From the NCBI GenBank assembly GCA_041497675.1, contig JBGQGY010000008.1:1-59117 (forward strand): a stretch of DNA of 59,117 nt, in the 5' to 3' direction. This stretch comes from a bacterium (lineage in GTDB: Bacteria > Sysuimicrobiota > Sysuimicrobiia > Sysuimicrobiales > Humicultoraceae). The position numbers and the translations under genes are program-made. A model generated the notes under the pieces. The model ran no database searches. It was not told the DNA's origin and saw only the letters and a list, made by a program, of their open reading frames with translations. Positions 27,412-36,110 of this stretch are shown here, piece by piece; position 1 is the stretch's first letter; every line of letters starts with the position of its first letter.

Positions 27412-28791
27412 ATGCCTGACGTCGAAGCAATTGTCCTGGCCGCGGGAAAAGGGAAGCGGATGATGTCGGCGCTTCCTAAGGTGCTGCACCGAATCTGCGG
27501 CAGGCCCATGATCGCCTACGTCCTCGACAGTCTCGCCGATCTCTCTATCGCGTCTCCGATCGTGGTGGTGGGTCACGAAGGCGAACAGGTGAAGGCAGCG
27601 CTGGGCGGCGTCCGGACCGTGGTGCAGGCCGAGCAAGGTGGGACGGGCCACGCGGTCATGCAGGCGATGCCGCTGCTCGCCGGGTTCAACGGCACGGTAC
27701 TCGTCTTGTACGGTGACGTGCCACTCCTGCGGTCGGAGACGATCGACGTCTTGCAGACGCACCATCGCGAGCAGACTGCGTCGGCGACTATCTTGACCGA
27801 CGTCCCCGCCGACCCCACCGGCTACGGCCGGATCATCCGGGACGCGCACGGCAACGTGAGGCGCATCGTCGAGGACGCCGACGCATCACCCGACGAACGG
27901 CAGATTCGCGAGGTCAACGCCGGTATCTATGCGTTTGACGCCGGGGCACTGCGAGACTCCCTGCGGGCCGTCGGCCCCGCCAACGCCCAGGGCGAGTACT
28001 ATCTGACCGACGTGATCGACGTGTTGCTGCGCAACGGGCGCACCGTCGCCGCGGTCGTGGCAGGGTCCACCGAAGAGTGCAGGGGGATTAACAGCCGCCG
28101 CGAGCTCGCCGAGGCGGAAGCGCTCATGCGCACCGCCATCTTGAACGAACTCATGGACGCCGGCGTGACGATCATCGATCCTTCGGCGACGTACGTGCAC
28201 GCGGGCGTCCGCGTGGGTCGCGATACGATCCTGCATCCGGGCACCAGCCTCGAAGGCGCGACGATCATCGGTGAGGGGTGCTCGATCGGGCCGCAGGCCC
28301 GGCTGACCGACGCGCAGGTCGGCGACCGTGTGACGATTCATGCCTCCACCGTCACCCGCAGCATCGTCGGCGATGACAGCCGGATCGGACCATACAGCCA
28401 CTTGCGTCCAGGTGTCCGGCTGGGTCGCTTCGTCGAGGTCGGTAACTACGCCGAGATGAAAAGCGCGACGATCGGCGATCGCACCAAGGTGCACCACAAA
28501 TCGTACATCGGCGATGCCACCGTGGGCGCCGGGGTCAATATCGGGGCCGGGACGATCACGTGCAACTATGACGGCCGCGCCAAACATCAGACGATCATCG
28601 AGGACGGCGCATTCATCGGCAGCGACACGATGCTGGTCGCACCGGTGCGTATCGGTCGCGAAGCCGTGACGGGAGCCGGCGCCGTGGTGCGCCGCGATGT
28701 GCCGGCGCGCGGGGTGGCGGTGGGGGTACCCGCCAAGGTGATCAAGCACCGCCCCGCCGCCGAGCCGCTGGTCCCCGAAGCGGTCGACTAG
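27412..28791 (+). CDS. glmU: Bifunctional UDP-GlcNAc pyrophosphorylase / glucosamine-1-P acetyltransferase
   Basis: LAAGKGKRM..PKVLH, GTGHA, LYGDVP, NAQGEYYLTD, hexapeptide repeats, GAGTITCNYDG. Confidence 0.97.
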   Translation: MPDVEAIVLAAGKGKRMMSALPKVLHRICGRPMIAYVLDSLADLSIASPIVVVGHEGEQVKAALGGVRTVVQAEQGGTGHAVMQAMPLLAGFNGTVLVLYGDVPLLRSETIDVLQTHHREQTASATILTDVPADPTGYGRIIRDAHGNVRRIVEDADASPDERQIREVNAGIYAFDAGALRDSLRAVGPANAQGEYYLTDVIDVLLRNGRTVAAVVAGSTEECRGINSRRELAEAEALMRTAILNELMDAGVTIIDPSATYVHAGVRVGRDTILHPGTSLEGATIIGEGCSIGPQARLTDAQVGDRVTIHASTVTRSIVGDDSRIGPYSHLRPGVRLGRFVEVGNYAEMKSATIGDRTKVHHKSYIGDATVGAGVNIGAGTITCNYDGRAKHQTIIEDGAFIGSDTMLVAPVRIGREAVTGAGAVVRRDVPARGVAVGVPAKVIKHRPAAEPLVPEAVD

Positions 28792-28801
28792 TGGGCAGAC
28801 G

Positions 28802-29785
28802 ATGAGCTGGCGCCTGAAGATTTTCAGCGGGTCTGCGAACCCCGGTCTGGCTGAAGAGATCGCCGAGCACCTGGACATGCCGCTCGGCGAGATGGAGACG
28901 TTTCGCTTCGCCGACGGTGAGGTCAGCGTGCGCATCGCGGAGAGCGTGCGCGGGGAAGACGTGTTCGTCATCCAGCCGACCGCGCCGCCGGTGAACGAGC
29001 ACCTGCTCGAACTGCTGGTGATCCTCGACGCGCTGCGTCGTGCGTCCGCCGCCCGCGTCACCGCCGTCATCCCCTACTTCGGCTACGCGCGGCAGGACCG
29101 CAAGACCAAACCGCGCGAGCCGATCACGTCGAAACTGGTCGCCAATCTGCTGACCTCCGCGGGTGCCGACCGCATCCTCACCGTCGACCTGCACGCCGGG
29201 CAGATCTGGGGATTTTTTGACATCCCGCTCGATCATCTGCCATCGCGGTTGATGCTGGCCCACTACTTTCGCGAAAAGGGTCTGAAGAATGTGGTCGTCG
29301 TGTCGCCGGACATCGGCGGCGTCGGCCGCGCCCGAGAGTTCGCCGCCGAACTGGGCGTGCCGATCGCGATCATCGACAAACGCCGCGATCGACCCAACCA
29401 GGTCAAGGAGATCACGCACGTCATCGGCAAGGTCTACCGCCGGACGGCCATCCTCGTGGATGACATCGTCGATACCGCCGGTACACTGACGATGGGCGCA
29501 CAGGCGCTCATGGCCCGGGGCGTGGTCGAAGTCTTCGCCTGCTGTGCGCATGCCCTGCTCTCCGGCCCGGCGATCGAGCGGCTTGTGGCCAGCCCGATCC
29601 GCGAGCTCGTGGTGACCAACACCGTGCCCGTGTCGGCAGCGAAGCGCGTCGACAAGGTCCGCGTCGTGTCGATCGCGCCGATCCTGGCCGACGCCATCCG
29701 ACGCGTCCATGAAGACCGATCCGTGAGCGAGATGTTCAGCCGCCCCACGGAGCCGCAGCCGACGGGGGCGACTCGGCGACCCTAG
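28802..29785 (+). CDS. prs: Ribose-phosphate pyrophosphokinase
   Basis: FADGE, PYFGYARQDRK, DLHAGQI, VSPDIGG, VDDIVDTAGT. Confidence 0.97.
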   Translation: MSWRLKIFSGSANPGLAEEIAEHLDMPLGEMETFRFADGEVSVRIAESVRGEDVFVIQPTAPPVNEHLLELLVILDALRRASAARVTAVIPYFGYARQDRKTKPREPITSKLVANLLTSAGADRILTVDLHAGQIWGFFDIPLDHLPSRLMLAHYFREKGLKNVVVVSPDIGGVGRAREFAAELGVPIAIIDKRRDRPNQVKEITHVIGKVYRRTAILVDDIVDTAGTLTMGAQALMARGVVEVFACCAHALLSGPAIERLVASPIRELVVTNTVPVSAAKRVDKVRVVSIAPILADAIRRVHEDRSVSEMFSRPTEPQPTGATRRP

Positions 29786-30868
29786 ATGACGCTGCCCAAC
29801 GCGCTGGCCGTCGCCTTCGTCGCGTTGATCGTCACGAACGGGTTGACCCCGATCGTGCGCCGGGTGGCCCGCCGCCTCGGCGCCATCGACTATCCCGGGG
29901 GCCGGCGCATTAACACGCGGCCGACGCCGCGATTGGGCGGTGTGGCGATCTATGTCGGGTTCTTCGTGGCCGCGCTGCTGTTCATGGTCATCACCCGCAT
30001 CGAACTCCACCGGGCCGACGGGGAAATGTTCATCCGGATGCCGATCCGGCTGCAGACCGACCGTGCGCTGCTGGGTATCATGCTCGGCGGCACGTTCTTG
30101 CTTGCGGTCGGCATCTACGACGATATCCGCGGGATGCGGCCCGCGGTGAAGTTTGCGGCGATGGTGGCCGCCGCAGCCATCCTGATTCCGTTTGGCCTGG
30201 CCACGGAGTTCGTCACCCACCCGCTTACCGGAAAGACGGTGGCGGTGGGCAACTGGGGCGCCGCATTTACCGTTGCGTGGGTCGTGGTCGTGGTGAACGT
30301 CATCAACATCATTGACGGGGTGGATGGGCTCGCGGCGGGGATCTCGGCGATCGCCGGGACGACGCTGCTGCTGACCGCGGCCGCGAAGGGGGATACCGTC
30401 GCGGTCTCACTCGCCGCCGCGCTGATCGGCGCCGCGCTGGGGTTCCTGCGGCACAACTTCAACCCTGCTCGGATCTTCATGGGCGATTCGGGTTCGATGT
30501 TTCTGGGGTATGTGCTCGGTGGTTTGTCCGTGATGGGGCTCTACAAGTCCTACACCGCCCTGTCCCTAGCCGTGCCGATTCTGCCTCTGGGCGTGCCCAT
30601 TGCGGACACGGTCTTCGCCATTATCCGCCGCTTTCGCAGCGGCCGCCCGATCTATCTCCCGGATCGCGAGCACCTGCACCATCGGTTGCTGGCCCGCGGG
30701 CTGACACAGCGCCAGACGGTGTTCATCCTCTATCTGATCAGCGCGTTGCTCGGACTGGGGGCGCTGGCCATCTCGGGGGTGAACCGCTCGGGGGCGATGG
30801 TCAGCCTTGGCGTCATCCTGGCTATGCTGCTGGTGGGCGCGCAGCGGATGGGGCTGCTCACCCGGTGA
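29786..30868 (+). CDS. Undecaprenyl-phosphate GlcNAc-1-P transferase (WecA/TagO, GT4/MraY family)
   Basis: PTPRLGG, GIYDD, NIIDGVDGL, NFNPARIFMGDSG, PDREHLHHRL. Confidence 0.9.
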   Translation: MTLPNALAVAFVALIVTNGLTPIVRRVARRLGAIDYPGGRRINTRPTPRLGGVAIYVGFFVAALLFMVITRIELHRADGEMFIRMPIRLQTDRALLGIMLGGTFLLAVGIYDDIRGMRPAVKFAAMVAAAAILIPFGLATEFVTHPLTGKTVAVGNWGAAFTVAWVVVVVNVINIIDGVDGLAAGISAIAGTTLLLTAAAKGDTVAVSLAAALIGAALGFLRHNFNPARIFMGDSGSMFLGYVLGGLSVMGLYKSYTALSLAVPILPLGVPIADTVFAIIRRFRSGRPIYLPDREHLHHRLLARGLTQRQTVFILYLISALLGLGALAISGVNRSGAMVSLGVILAMLLVGAQRMGLLTR

Positions 30869-32016
30869 GCCAGCCGCGTCTGCCGGTCATGGCGATCTTC
30901 GGCACTCGGCCGGAGGCGGTGAAGATGGCCCCGGTGATCGCGGCGTTGAGAGCCAGCCAGGACTTTGTGCCCATCGTCGTCGTCACCGCCCAGCACCGCG
31001 AAATGCTGGACCAGGTCCTGCGGTTGTTCAGCATCACCCCCGACCGCGACCTCGACGTGATGCTCCCAGAGCAGTCGCTCTTCGACATCACGACGCGCGT
31101 CCTGTCGCGCCTCGACCCTGTCGTGCGCGAGTGTGCGCCCGCGATGGTATTGGTCCAGGGGGACGCGTCATCAACGATGATCGGCGCGCTCGCGGCTTTC
31201 TATCACAAGATTCCGGTCGGACATGTCGAGGCCGGGCTCCGCACCCTGGACCGCTATCGGCCATTCCCGGAAGAAATGAATCGCCGGGTGACGACGGTGT
31301 TGTCGGACCTGCACTTTGCGCCGACGGCGCGGTCGCGCGACAACTTGCTGAGTGAGGGTATCCCCGCCGATCGGATCTTTGTCACTGGGAACACGGTGAT
31401 CGATGCCCTGTCCCAGGTGGTGAAACGCGCTGACATTGCGCTGCCGCCTGGGGTGCCTCCGCTCGATGGCCGGCGGATGCTGCTGGTCACCACACACCGT
31501 CGCGAGAACTGGGGCGAGCCGCTGCGGCAGATCTACCTGGCGCTGCTCGACGTGCTGAACCGCTTTCCCGACGTCATGGTGGTCTTCTCGGTGCACCGCA
31601 ATCCCGCCGTCCGGCGCGTCGCCGAAGAAGTATTGGCGGGGCATCCTCGCGCGTACTTGATCGAGCCGCCCGACTACGGTCCGTTCGTGAGGCTGGAATC
31701 GCAGGCCTATCTGATCCTGACCGATTCAGGCGGTGTGCAGGAAGAAGCGCCGGCGCTAGGCACGCCCGTCCTGGTCCTGCGCGATGTCACCGAGCGCCCC
31801 GAGGGCGTGGCTGCCGGTACGGTCGAACTCGTCGGCACCGGCCGTGAGCGCATCGCGGAGCGCACCGGGCGTCTGCTGGCCGACCCGCTGGCACGCGCCG
31901 CGATGGCGCAGGCCAGAAACCCCTACGGTGACGGTCGCGCCAGCGAGCGGATCATCGACGCGCTGCGCCACTGGTTCCGCCGGACGACGGTGCGCCCCGA
32001 CGAGTTCGCAGCGTGA
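30865..32016 (+). CDS. wecB: UDP-GlcNAc 2-epimerase (non-hydrolysing)
   Basis: FGTRPEAVKMAP, HVEAGLR, PEEMNR, HRREN, TDSGGVQEEA, NPYGDG. Confidence 0.95.
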   Translation: MSQPRLPVMAIFGTRPEAVKMAPVIAALRASQDFVPIVVVTAQHREMLDQVLRLFSITPDRDLDVMLPEQSLFDITTRVLSRLDPVVRECAPAMVLVQGDASSTMIGALAAFYHKIPVGHVEAGLRTLDRYRPFPEEMNRRVTTVLSDLHFAPTARSRDNLLSEGIPADRIFVTGNTVIDALSQVVKRADIALPPGVPPLDGRRMLLVTTHRRENWGEPLRQIYLALLDVLNRFPDVMVVFSVHRNPAVRRVAEEVLAGHPRAYLIEPPDYGPFVRLESQAYLILTDSGGVQEEAPALGTPVLVLRDVTERPEGVAAGTVELVGTGRERIAERTGRLLADPLARAAMAQARNPYGDGRASERIIDALRHWFRRTTVRPDEFAA

Positions 32017-32039
32017 ACACCGGACGCCCGCAATACGTA

Positions 32040-32048
32040 TGTTATAAT
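32040..32048 (+). promoter_or_regulatory. Extended -10 promoter (TGtTATAAT) heading the outer-membrane cluster
   Basis: Perfect TGnTATAAT in the wecB-downstream spacer. Confidence 0.6.
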
Positions 32049-32115
32049 GAAACCGGAGGTCCCTGCGGGGACCTCCAGCTATCCCAGGCCGCCGAAGGGA
32101 GGGTGCGACGACCGC

Positions 32116-32427
32116 ATGATCCGCGTCCGAGCGTTGGTGTGCATCGTCTGGCTGTGCGTCGGCGCACTCGCCGTCACGGTCGCCGCGGCGCCCAAAGCGG
32201 CCGTTGACATCAAAGCCACGCTCCGGGGTGAAGTCTTGCCCGACGGTCTGGCGAAGGTTGGTCAGGACGTCAGTGAGGGCGATCCGCTTGTGTACGTAAA
32301 GACACCAACCGGCCGCGGCGTGGCGGCTCGCGCCACCGTGGACGGTCGGGTGCTCGACGTACTGGTCCGGCCCGGGACGATCATCCGGGAGTTGGGCACG
32401 ATCGTCGCCCGCCTCGACCCGAAGTAG
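32116..32427 (+). CDS. Exported biotinyl/lipoyl-like (barrel-sandwich hybrid) domain protein
   Basis: Signal peptide, then VGQDVSEGDPLVYV...ARATVDGRVLDVLVRPG...IVARL; start ATG 32116 after GGGAGG. Confidence 0.7.
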   Translation: MIRVRALVCIVWLCVGALAVTVAAAPKAAVDIKATLRGEVLPDGLAKVGQDVSEGDPLVYVKTPTGRGVAARATVDGRVLDVLVRPGTIIRELGTIVARLDPK

Positions 32428-32429
32428 GC

Positions 32430-32454
32430 AGGTACCCGCTGCTGTCCTACGAAC
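32430..32454 (+). promoter_or_regulatory. Spo0H-like promoter AGGT-N17-GAAC upstream of the SpoIVB-like genes
   Basis: gcAGGT 32430-32433, 17 nt, GAAC 32451-32454. Confidence 0.45.
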
Positions 32455-32463
32455 TCACAATCA

Positions 32464-32488
32464 GACGGGGTTCGTCCCCGTCGTTTCT
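32464..32488 (+). terminator. Hairpin GACGGGG-ttcgt-CCCCGTC + GTTTCT (weak terminator or 5' leader hairpin)
   Basis: Perfect 7-bp stem with a short U tract. Confidence 0.4.
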
Positions 32489-32524
32489 GTCTTACCCCGC
32501 GGATGGCCGTGAGAGGGGGACGTC

Positions 32525-34318
32525 GTGGTGAATCTGCACTGGAAGGCGCTCGTCCTAGTGCTCATCCTCGCAATCCCCGTGGCTGGCGCGGCGCAGCCGA
32601 CGCCGGGCAACACGCCGGGCATCATGCCGCTCTCCCAGGTCAAGCCGGGCATGCGCGGCGTGGGCAAGACGGTCATCTCCGGGCAAAAGGTCGAGGAGTT
32701 CCAGTTCGAAGTCATGGACATTCTCCAGTCGGGCGGTGGGCCGATTTCATCGGAGAAGTTGATCCTCTTCCGCATGTATGGTCCGATGATCGACCGGACC
32801 GGCGGCACGGCCGCCGGCATGAGTGGGAGCCCGCTCTATATCAACGGCCGGCTCATCGGCGCGCACAGCGCGGGCTTCACATGGCAGACACCGCAGCGCG
32901 ACGTCGCGCTCGCGACGCCCATCGAGGACATGATGAAGGTGTTGGATCTGCGGCCGCGCCGCGCCGCGGCGGTCGAATACCGGACCAGCCGGCCGGTCAC
33001 CACGCGCGGGGTCACGTTCGACCGCGTCGTCGTCGCGTGGGCGCCCGGCCAGGCACGGCAGATCATGGCCCAGCGGCCCGAGACGCCGGTGGCGACCCCG
33101 GCGGTTGTCACGTACGCGATCGGGTTGTCGCCGCGCGCGGCGAGGCTCTTCTCGCAGACTATCCAGCCCCTCGGCCTGGAGATCTTGCAGGGCCACGCCG
33201 GTCGGGGTGACTTCGATGCCACGGCCGTCGTCCCCGGCAGCAGCGTCGGCGTGGAGGAGGTCAGGGGTGACGTTGAGTTCGGCGGTATCTGCACGGTCAC
33301 CACGCGCATCGGGGACCGCGTCCTCGTGTGCGGCCACCCATGGGAGAACCGCGGCGACGTCGAGTACATTCTGACCGCCTCGGAAATCCTCACGGTCGTG
33401 AAGTCGCTACAACGGTCGTTCAAGGTGGGGAACATCGGCCGGGTGATCGGGATCATCGATCAGGATCGAGGGACCGCGATCGCGGGCCGGCTGGGCACGC
33501 TGCCGCGCCTGTTCAACGTGCGTGTCGTGGTCACCGACACCGACGCCGGCACGCGCCTGGCCCTGGGTGCGCAGATGGTCCGCCGGCGGGACTTGGCGAG
33601 GGCGTTTGCGCCGCTGGTTGCCCTCTCGGCGGTCGAGCGCGCGCGCAATCAGAGCGGGGGCGAAGGCACGGCGATCGTGAAATTGACGCTACGCGCGAAA
33701 GGTCTGCCCTCGCCCATCGTGCGGGAGAACATGTTCTACAGCAGCCACGATGTGGCCATCGCGTCGGTGCTCGACATCATCGACGCGATGGAGTTGGCCT
33801 TTTACAATGACTTGCGCCGGCTGGAACCATACGATCTGACCGTCGAGGTCAGCCTCACCCGGCGGCGCGTCACCGCGTCCATCGTCGAACTCGCGGTGGC
33901 GTCCCGGGAAGTCAGCGCCGGTGGCATGCTCCGTCTGCGCGTGCGCCTGCAACCCTATCTCGCGGACACGACGGTGACGCGGACTATCGAAGTGCCGATC
34001 CCCCCGGACTTCCCGCGCGGGCCGGCGGTCGTGGTCGTGCGTTCAGCGGGGCTCGACACGCAGGGAACCCCACCCGAAGTGATCTTGGGGAGCCTGATGC
34101 AATCGGAGCCGGTGCCGTGGGGCGTGTCAGCGCTCGATGATGCCCTGCGGCTGTTCGCCGAGTTCGGCCGGAATACCGACCTGCTGGTACGGATCGTGCC
34201 GTTTGGACTCCCGGCGACGCAACAGGATTTCACGCGGTTCGACGTGCAGGCAGGACAGACGCAGCGAACCGAATGGGTCATTCAGGGATCGGAGCGCGTT
34301 CCCATCGTCGTTCGGTGA
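32525..34318 (+). CDS. SpoIVB-like S55 serine peptidase (paralog 1), exported
   Basis: Signal peptide; GGTAAGMSGSPLYINGRLIGA; GICTVT...VCGHPW. Confidence 0.85.
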   Translation: MVNLHWKALVLVLILAIPVAGAAQPTPGNTPGIMPLSQVKPGMRGVGKTVISGQKVEEFQFEVMDILQSGGGPISSEKLILFRMYGPMIDRTGGTAAGMSGSPLYINGRLIGAHSAGFTWQTPQRDVALATPIEDMMKVLDLRPRRAAAVEYRTSRPVTTRGVTFDRVVVAWAPGQARQIMAQRPETPVATPAVVTYAIGLSPRAARLFSQTIQPLGLEILQGHAGRGDFDATAVVPGSSVGVEEVRGDVEFGGICTVTTRIGDRVLVCGHPWENRGDVEYILTASEILTVVKSLQRSFKVGNIGRVIGIIDQDRGTAIAGRLGTLPRLFNVRVVVTDTDAGTRLALGAQMVRRRDLARAFAPLVALSAVERARNQSGGEGTAIVKLTLRAKGLPSPIVRENMFYSSHDVAIASVLDIIDAMELAFYNDLRRLEPYDLTVEVSLTRRRVTASIVELAVASREVSAGGMLRLRVRLQPYLADTTVTRTIEVPIPPDFPRGPAVVVVRSAGLDTQGTPPEVILGSLMQSEPVPWGVSALDDALRLFAEFGRNTDLLVRIVPFGLPATQQDFTRFDVQAGQTQRTEWVIQGSERVPIVVR

Positions 34319-34364
34319 GAGCGGCTCAGGGGGCGTTTTGGGCATCTCCTTAGTAGGTAGAACA

Positions 34365-36098
34365 ATGCGTCGGCTGACCATTCTCGCTCTGCTCGTCGTG
34401 ACGCTGACCGCCCCGCTCTTGCCGGTGGCGGCCGCACCGGCGTGGATGCCTGTCGCCGACGTGCGGCCCGGCATGCGCGGCGTCGCTCTGACCGTTGTTG
34501 CCGGCACCAAGGTCGAGTCGTTTGACGTCCAGATCCTCGAGATCGTGCCCGGCGCGGGACCGGCCGGTGATTTGATCCTCATCCGCGCGTCCGGACCGCT
34601 GATCGCGCGCACCGGGGGCATCGCCGCCGGCATGAGCGGCAGCCCCGTGTACGTGAATGGCCGGCTCGTCGGTGCCATCGGATACGGATGGGCATTCGCG
34701 GATCACTCGCTCGGGCTGGTGACTCCCATCGAAACGATGTTGCGGGCGCTACCTTCTACGCGCGGTGAACGCCGGCCGCTTGGACATCCAGTCCAGGCCG
34801 GCGGGCGGCGTATCGAGGGTGTGGCCATCGTCTCGACGCTCGCGGGCGCGCGGGCCGCCGAAGCCGCAGCACCCGGTGTTGCGGTGATGATGCCCCTGGC
34901 GAGGCCGCTGCTGATGTCCGCCATGGGCAGCCGGGCCGCTGAACTGCTGAGCGCTGAGCTCGGCCCGCTCGGCGTGACCCCTATGCAGGGCGCGGGCACC
35001 TCCACCAATATTCGCCCCGACATCGTCCCGGGGAGCGCCATCGGCGTGCAGTTGGTCAGGGGCGATCTCAACATTGTGTCGATTGGCACGATGACCTACC
35101 GCGATGGCGATGCGATCCTGGCCTTCGGGCATCCGTTTCTCAACCGCGGCAACACGCACTATCTGCTGACCGCCGCGACGATTCATGGGGTCATCCCCAG
35201 CGAGTCATTTCCATTCAAGATCGGGTCGGCCGGCGCGCCGGTTGGGACCGTCACCGAGGATCGTCGCTCCGCGATTGCCGGCCGGCTCGGCGTCCTGCCG
35301 CTCATGGTCGGGGTGCGCACAAGGGTGACCGACGCGGATCGCGGCCGTTTGGTGACGATGACCACGCAGGTGCTCCGGGACACGCAATTGGGCCCGGTGC
35401 TCACGCTCGCCTCGGCGCTTGAAGCCATCGACCGGGCCCTCGATCGGGTTGGCGAGGGCACCGCGCGGGTGCGCATTACGATGCGGGCCCAAGGGCTGGA
35501 CGGCCCGCTGGTTCGAGAGAACGTCTTCTACCACGCCCGCGACATCGGAGCGGCAGCGATGCTCGAATTGCCGGAGGCGCTGCGCCTGTTGTTCGCCAAT
35601 GAGTTTGTGCGGACCGGTCCTGTCGATGTGGCCATCGACGTTGAGGTCGGGCAACGCCGGCAGACCGCCGCGCTCATCGAAAGTGCGCTCGAGCGCCCAC
35701 GCGTGCGTCAGGGGGAGACGATCTCGGTGCGGGTGGCGCTTCGCCCGTTTCAGGGTCCGGTCGAGACGCGTGTTGTGGAGTTGGCCGTGCCGGATGGGTA
35801 CCCTGTGGGCCAGGTAACGGTCTTGATCCGCGCCGGCGGCCGCCCGATGCCGGAGCAGGGCCTGCCCTCGCTGTTGATCCAGGAGCCGTTCGAGACCACG
35901 GCGGGTTCGGCCGCCGAGCAACTCACCGCATTTGCCGATCGTGAGCGTAACACCGATCTGATCGTGGAACTCATCCCGGGCGCTGCCCGTTTCCCTGACG
36001 TGTCGGCCGGCGCTGCGCGGACCGTGCGCGTGCGCATCCCGACACCGTGGGTCGTCCGGGGGCGGGTGCAACTCTCACTCGGGGTCGATCCCCGCTAG
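34365..36098 (+). CDS. SpoIVB-like S55 serine peptidase (paralog 2), exported
   Basis: Signal peptide from ATG 34365; GGIAAGMSGSPVYVNGRLVGA; SIGTMTY...AFGHPF. Confidence 0.87.
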   Translation: MRRLTILALLVVTLTAPLLPVAAAPAWMPVADVRPGMRGVALTVVAGTKVESFDVQILEIVPGAGPAGDLILIRASGPLIARTGGIAAGMSGSPVYVNGRLVGAIGYGWAFADHSLGLVTPIETMLRALPSTRGERRPLGHPVQAGGRRIEGVAIVSTLAGARAAEAAAPGVAVMMPLARPLLMSAMGSRAAELLSAELGPLGVTPMQGAGTSTNIRPDIVPGSAIGVQLVRGDLNIVSIGTMTYRDGDAILAFGHPFLNRGNTHYLLTAATIHGVIPSESFPFKIGSAGAPVGTVTEDRRSAIAGRLGVLPLMVGVRTRVTDADRGRLVTMTTQVLRDTQLGPVLTLASALEAIDRALDRVGEGTARVRITMRAQGLDGPLVRENVFYHARDIGAAAMLELPEALRLLFANEFVRTGPVDVAIDVEVGQRRQTAALIESALERPRVRQGETISVRVALRPFQGPVETRVVELAVPDGYPVGQVTVLIRAGGRPMPEQGLPSLLIQEPFETTAGSAAEQLTAFADRERNTDLIVELIPGAARFPDVSAGAARTVRVRIPTPWVVRGRVQLSLGVDPR

Positions 36099-36110
36099 AC
36101 ACGTTCTGAG

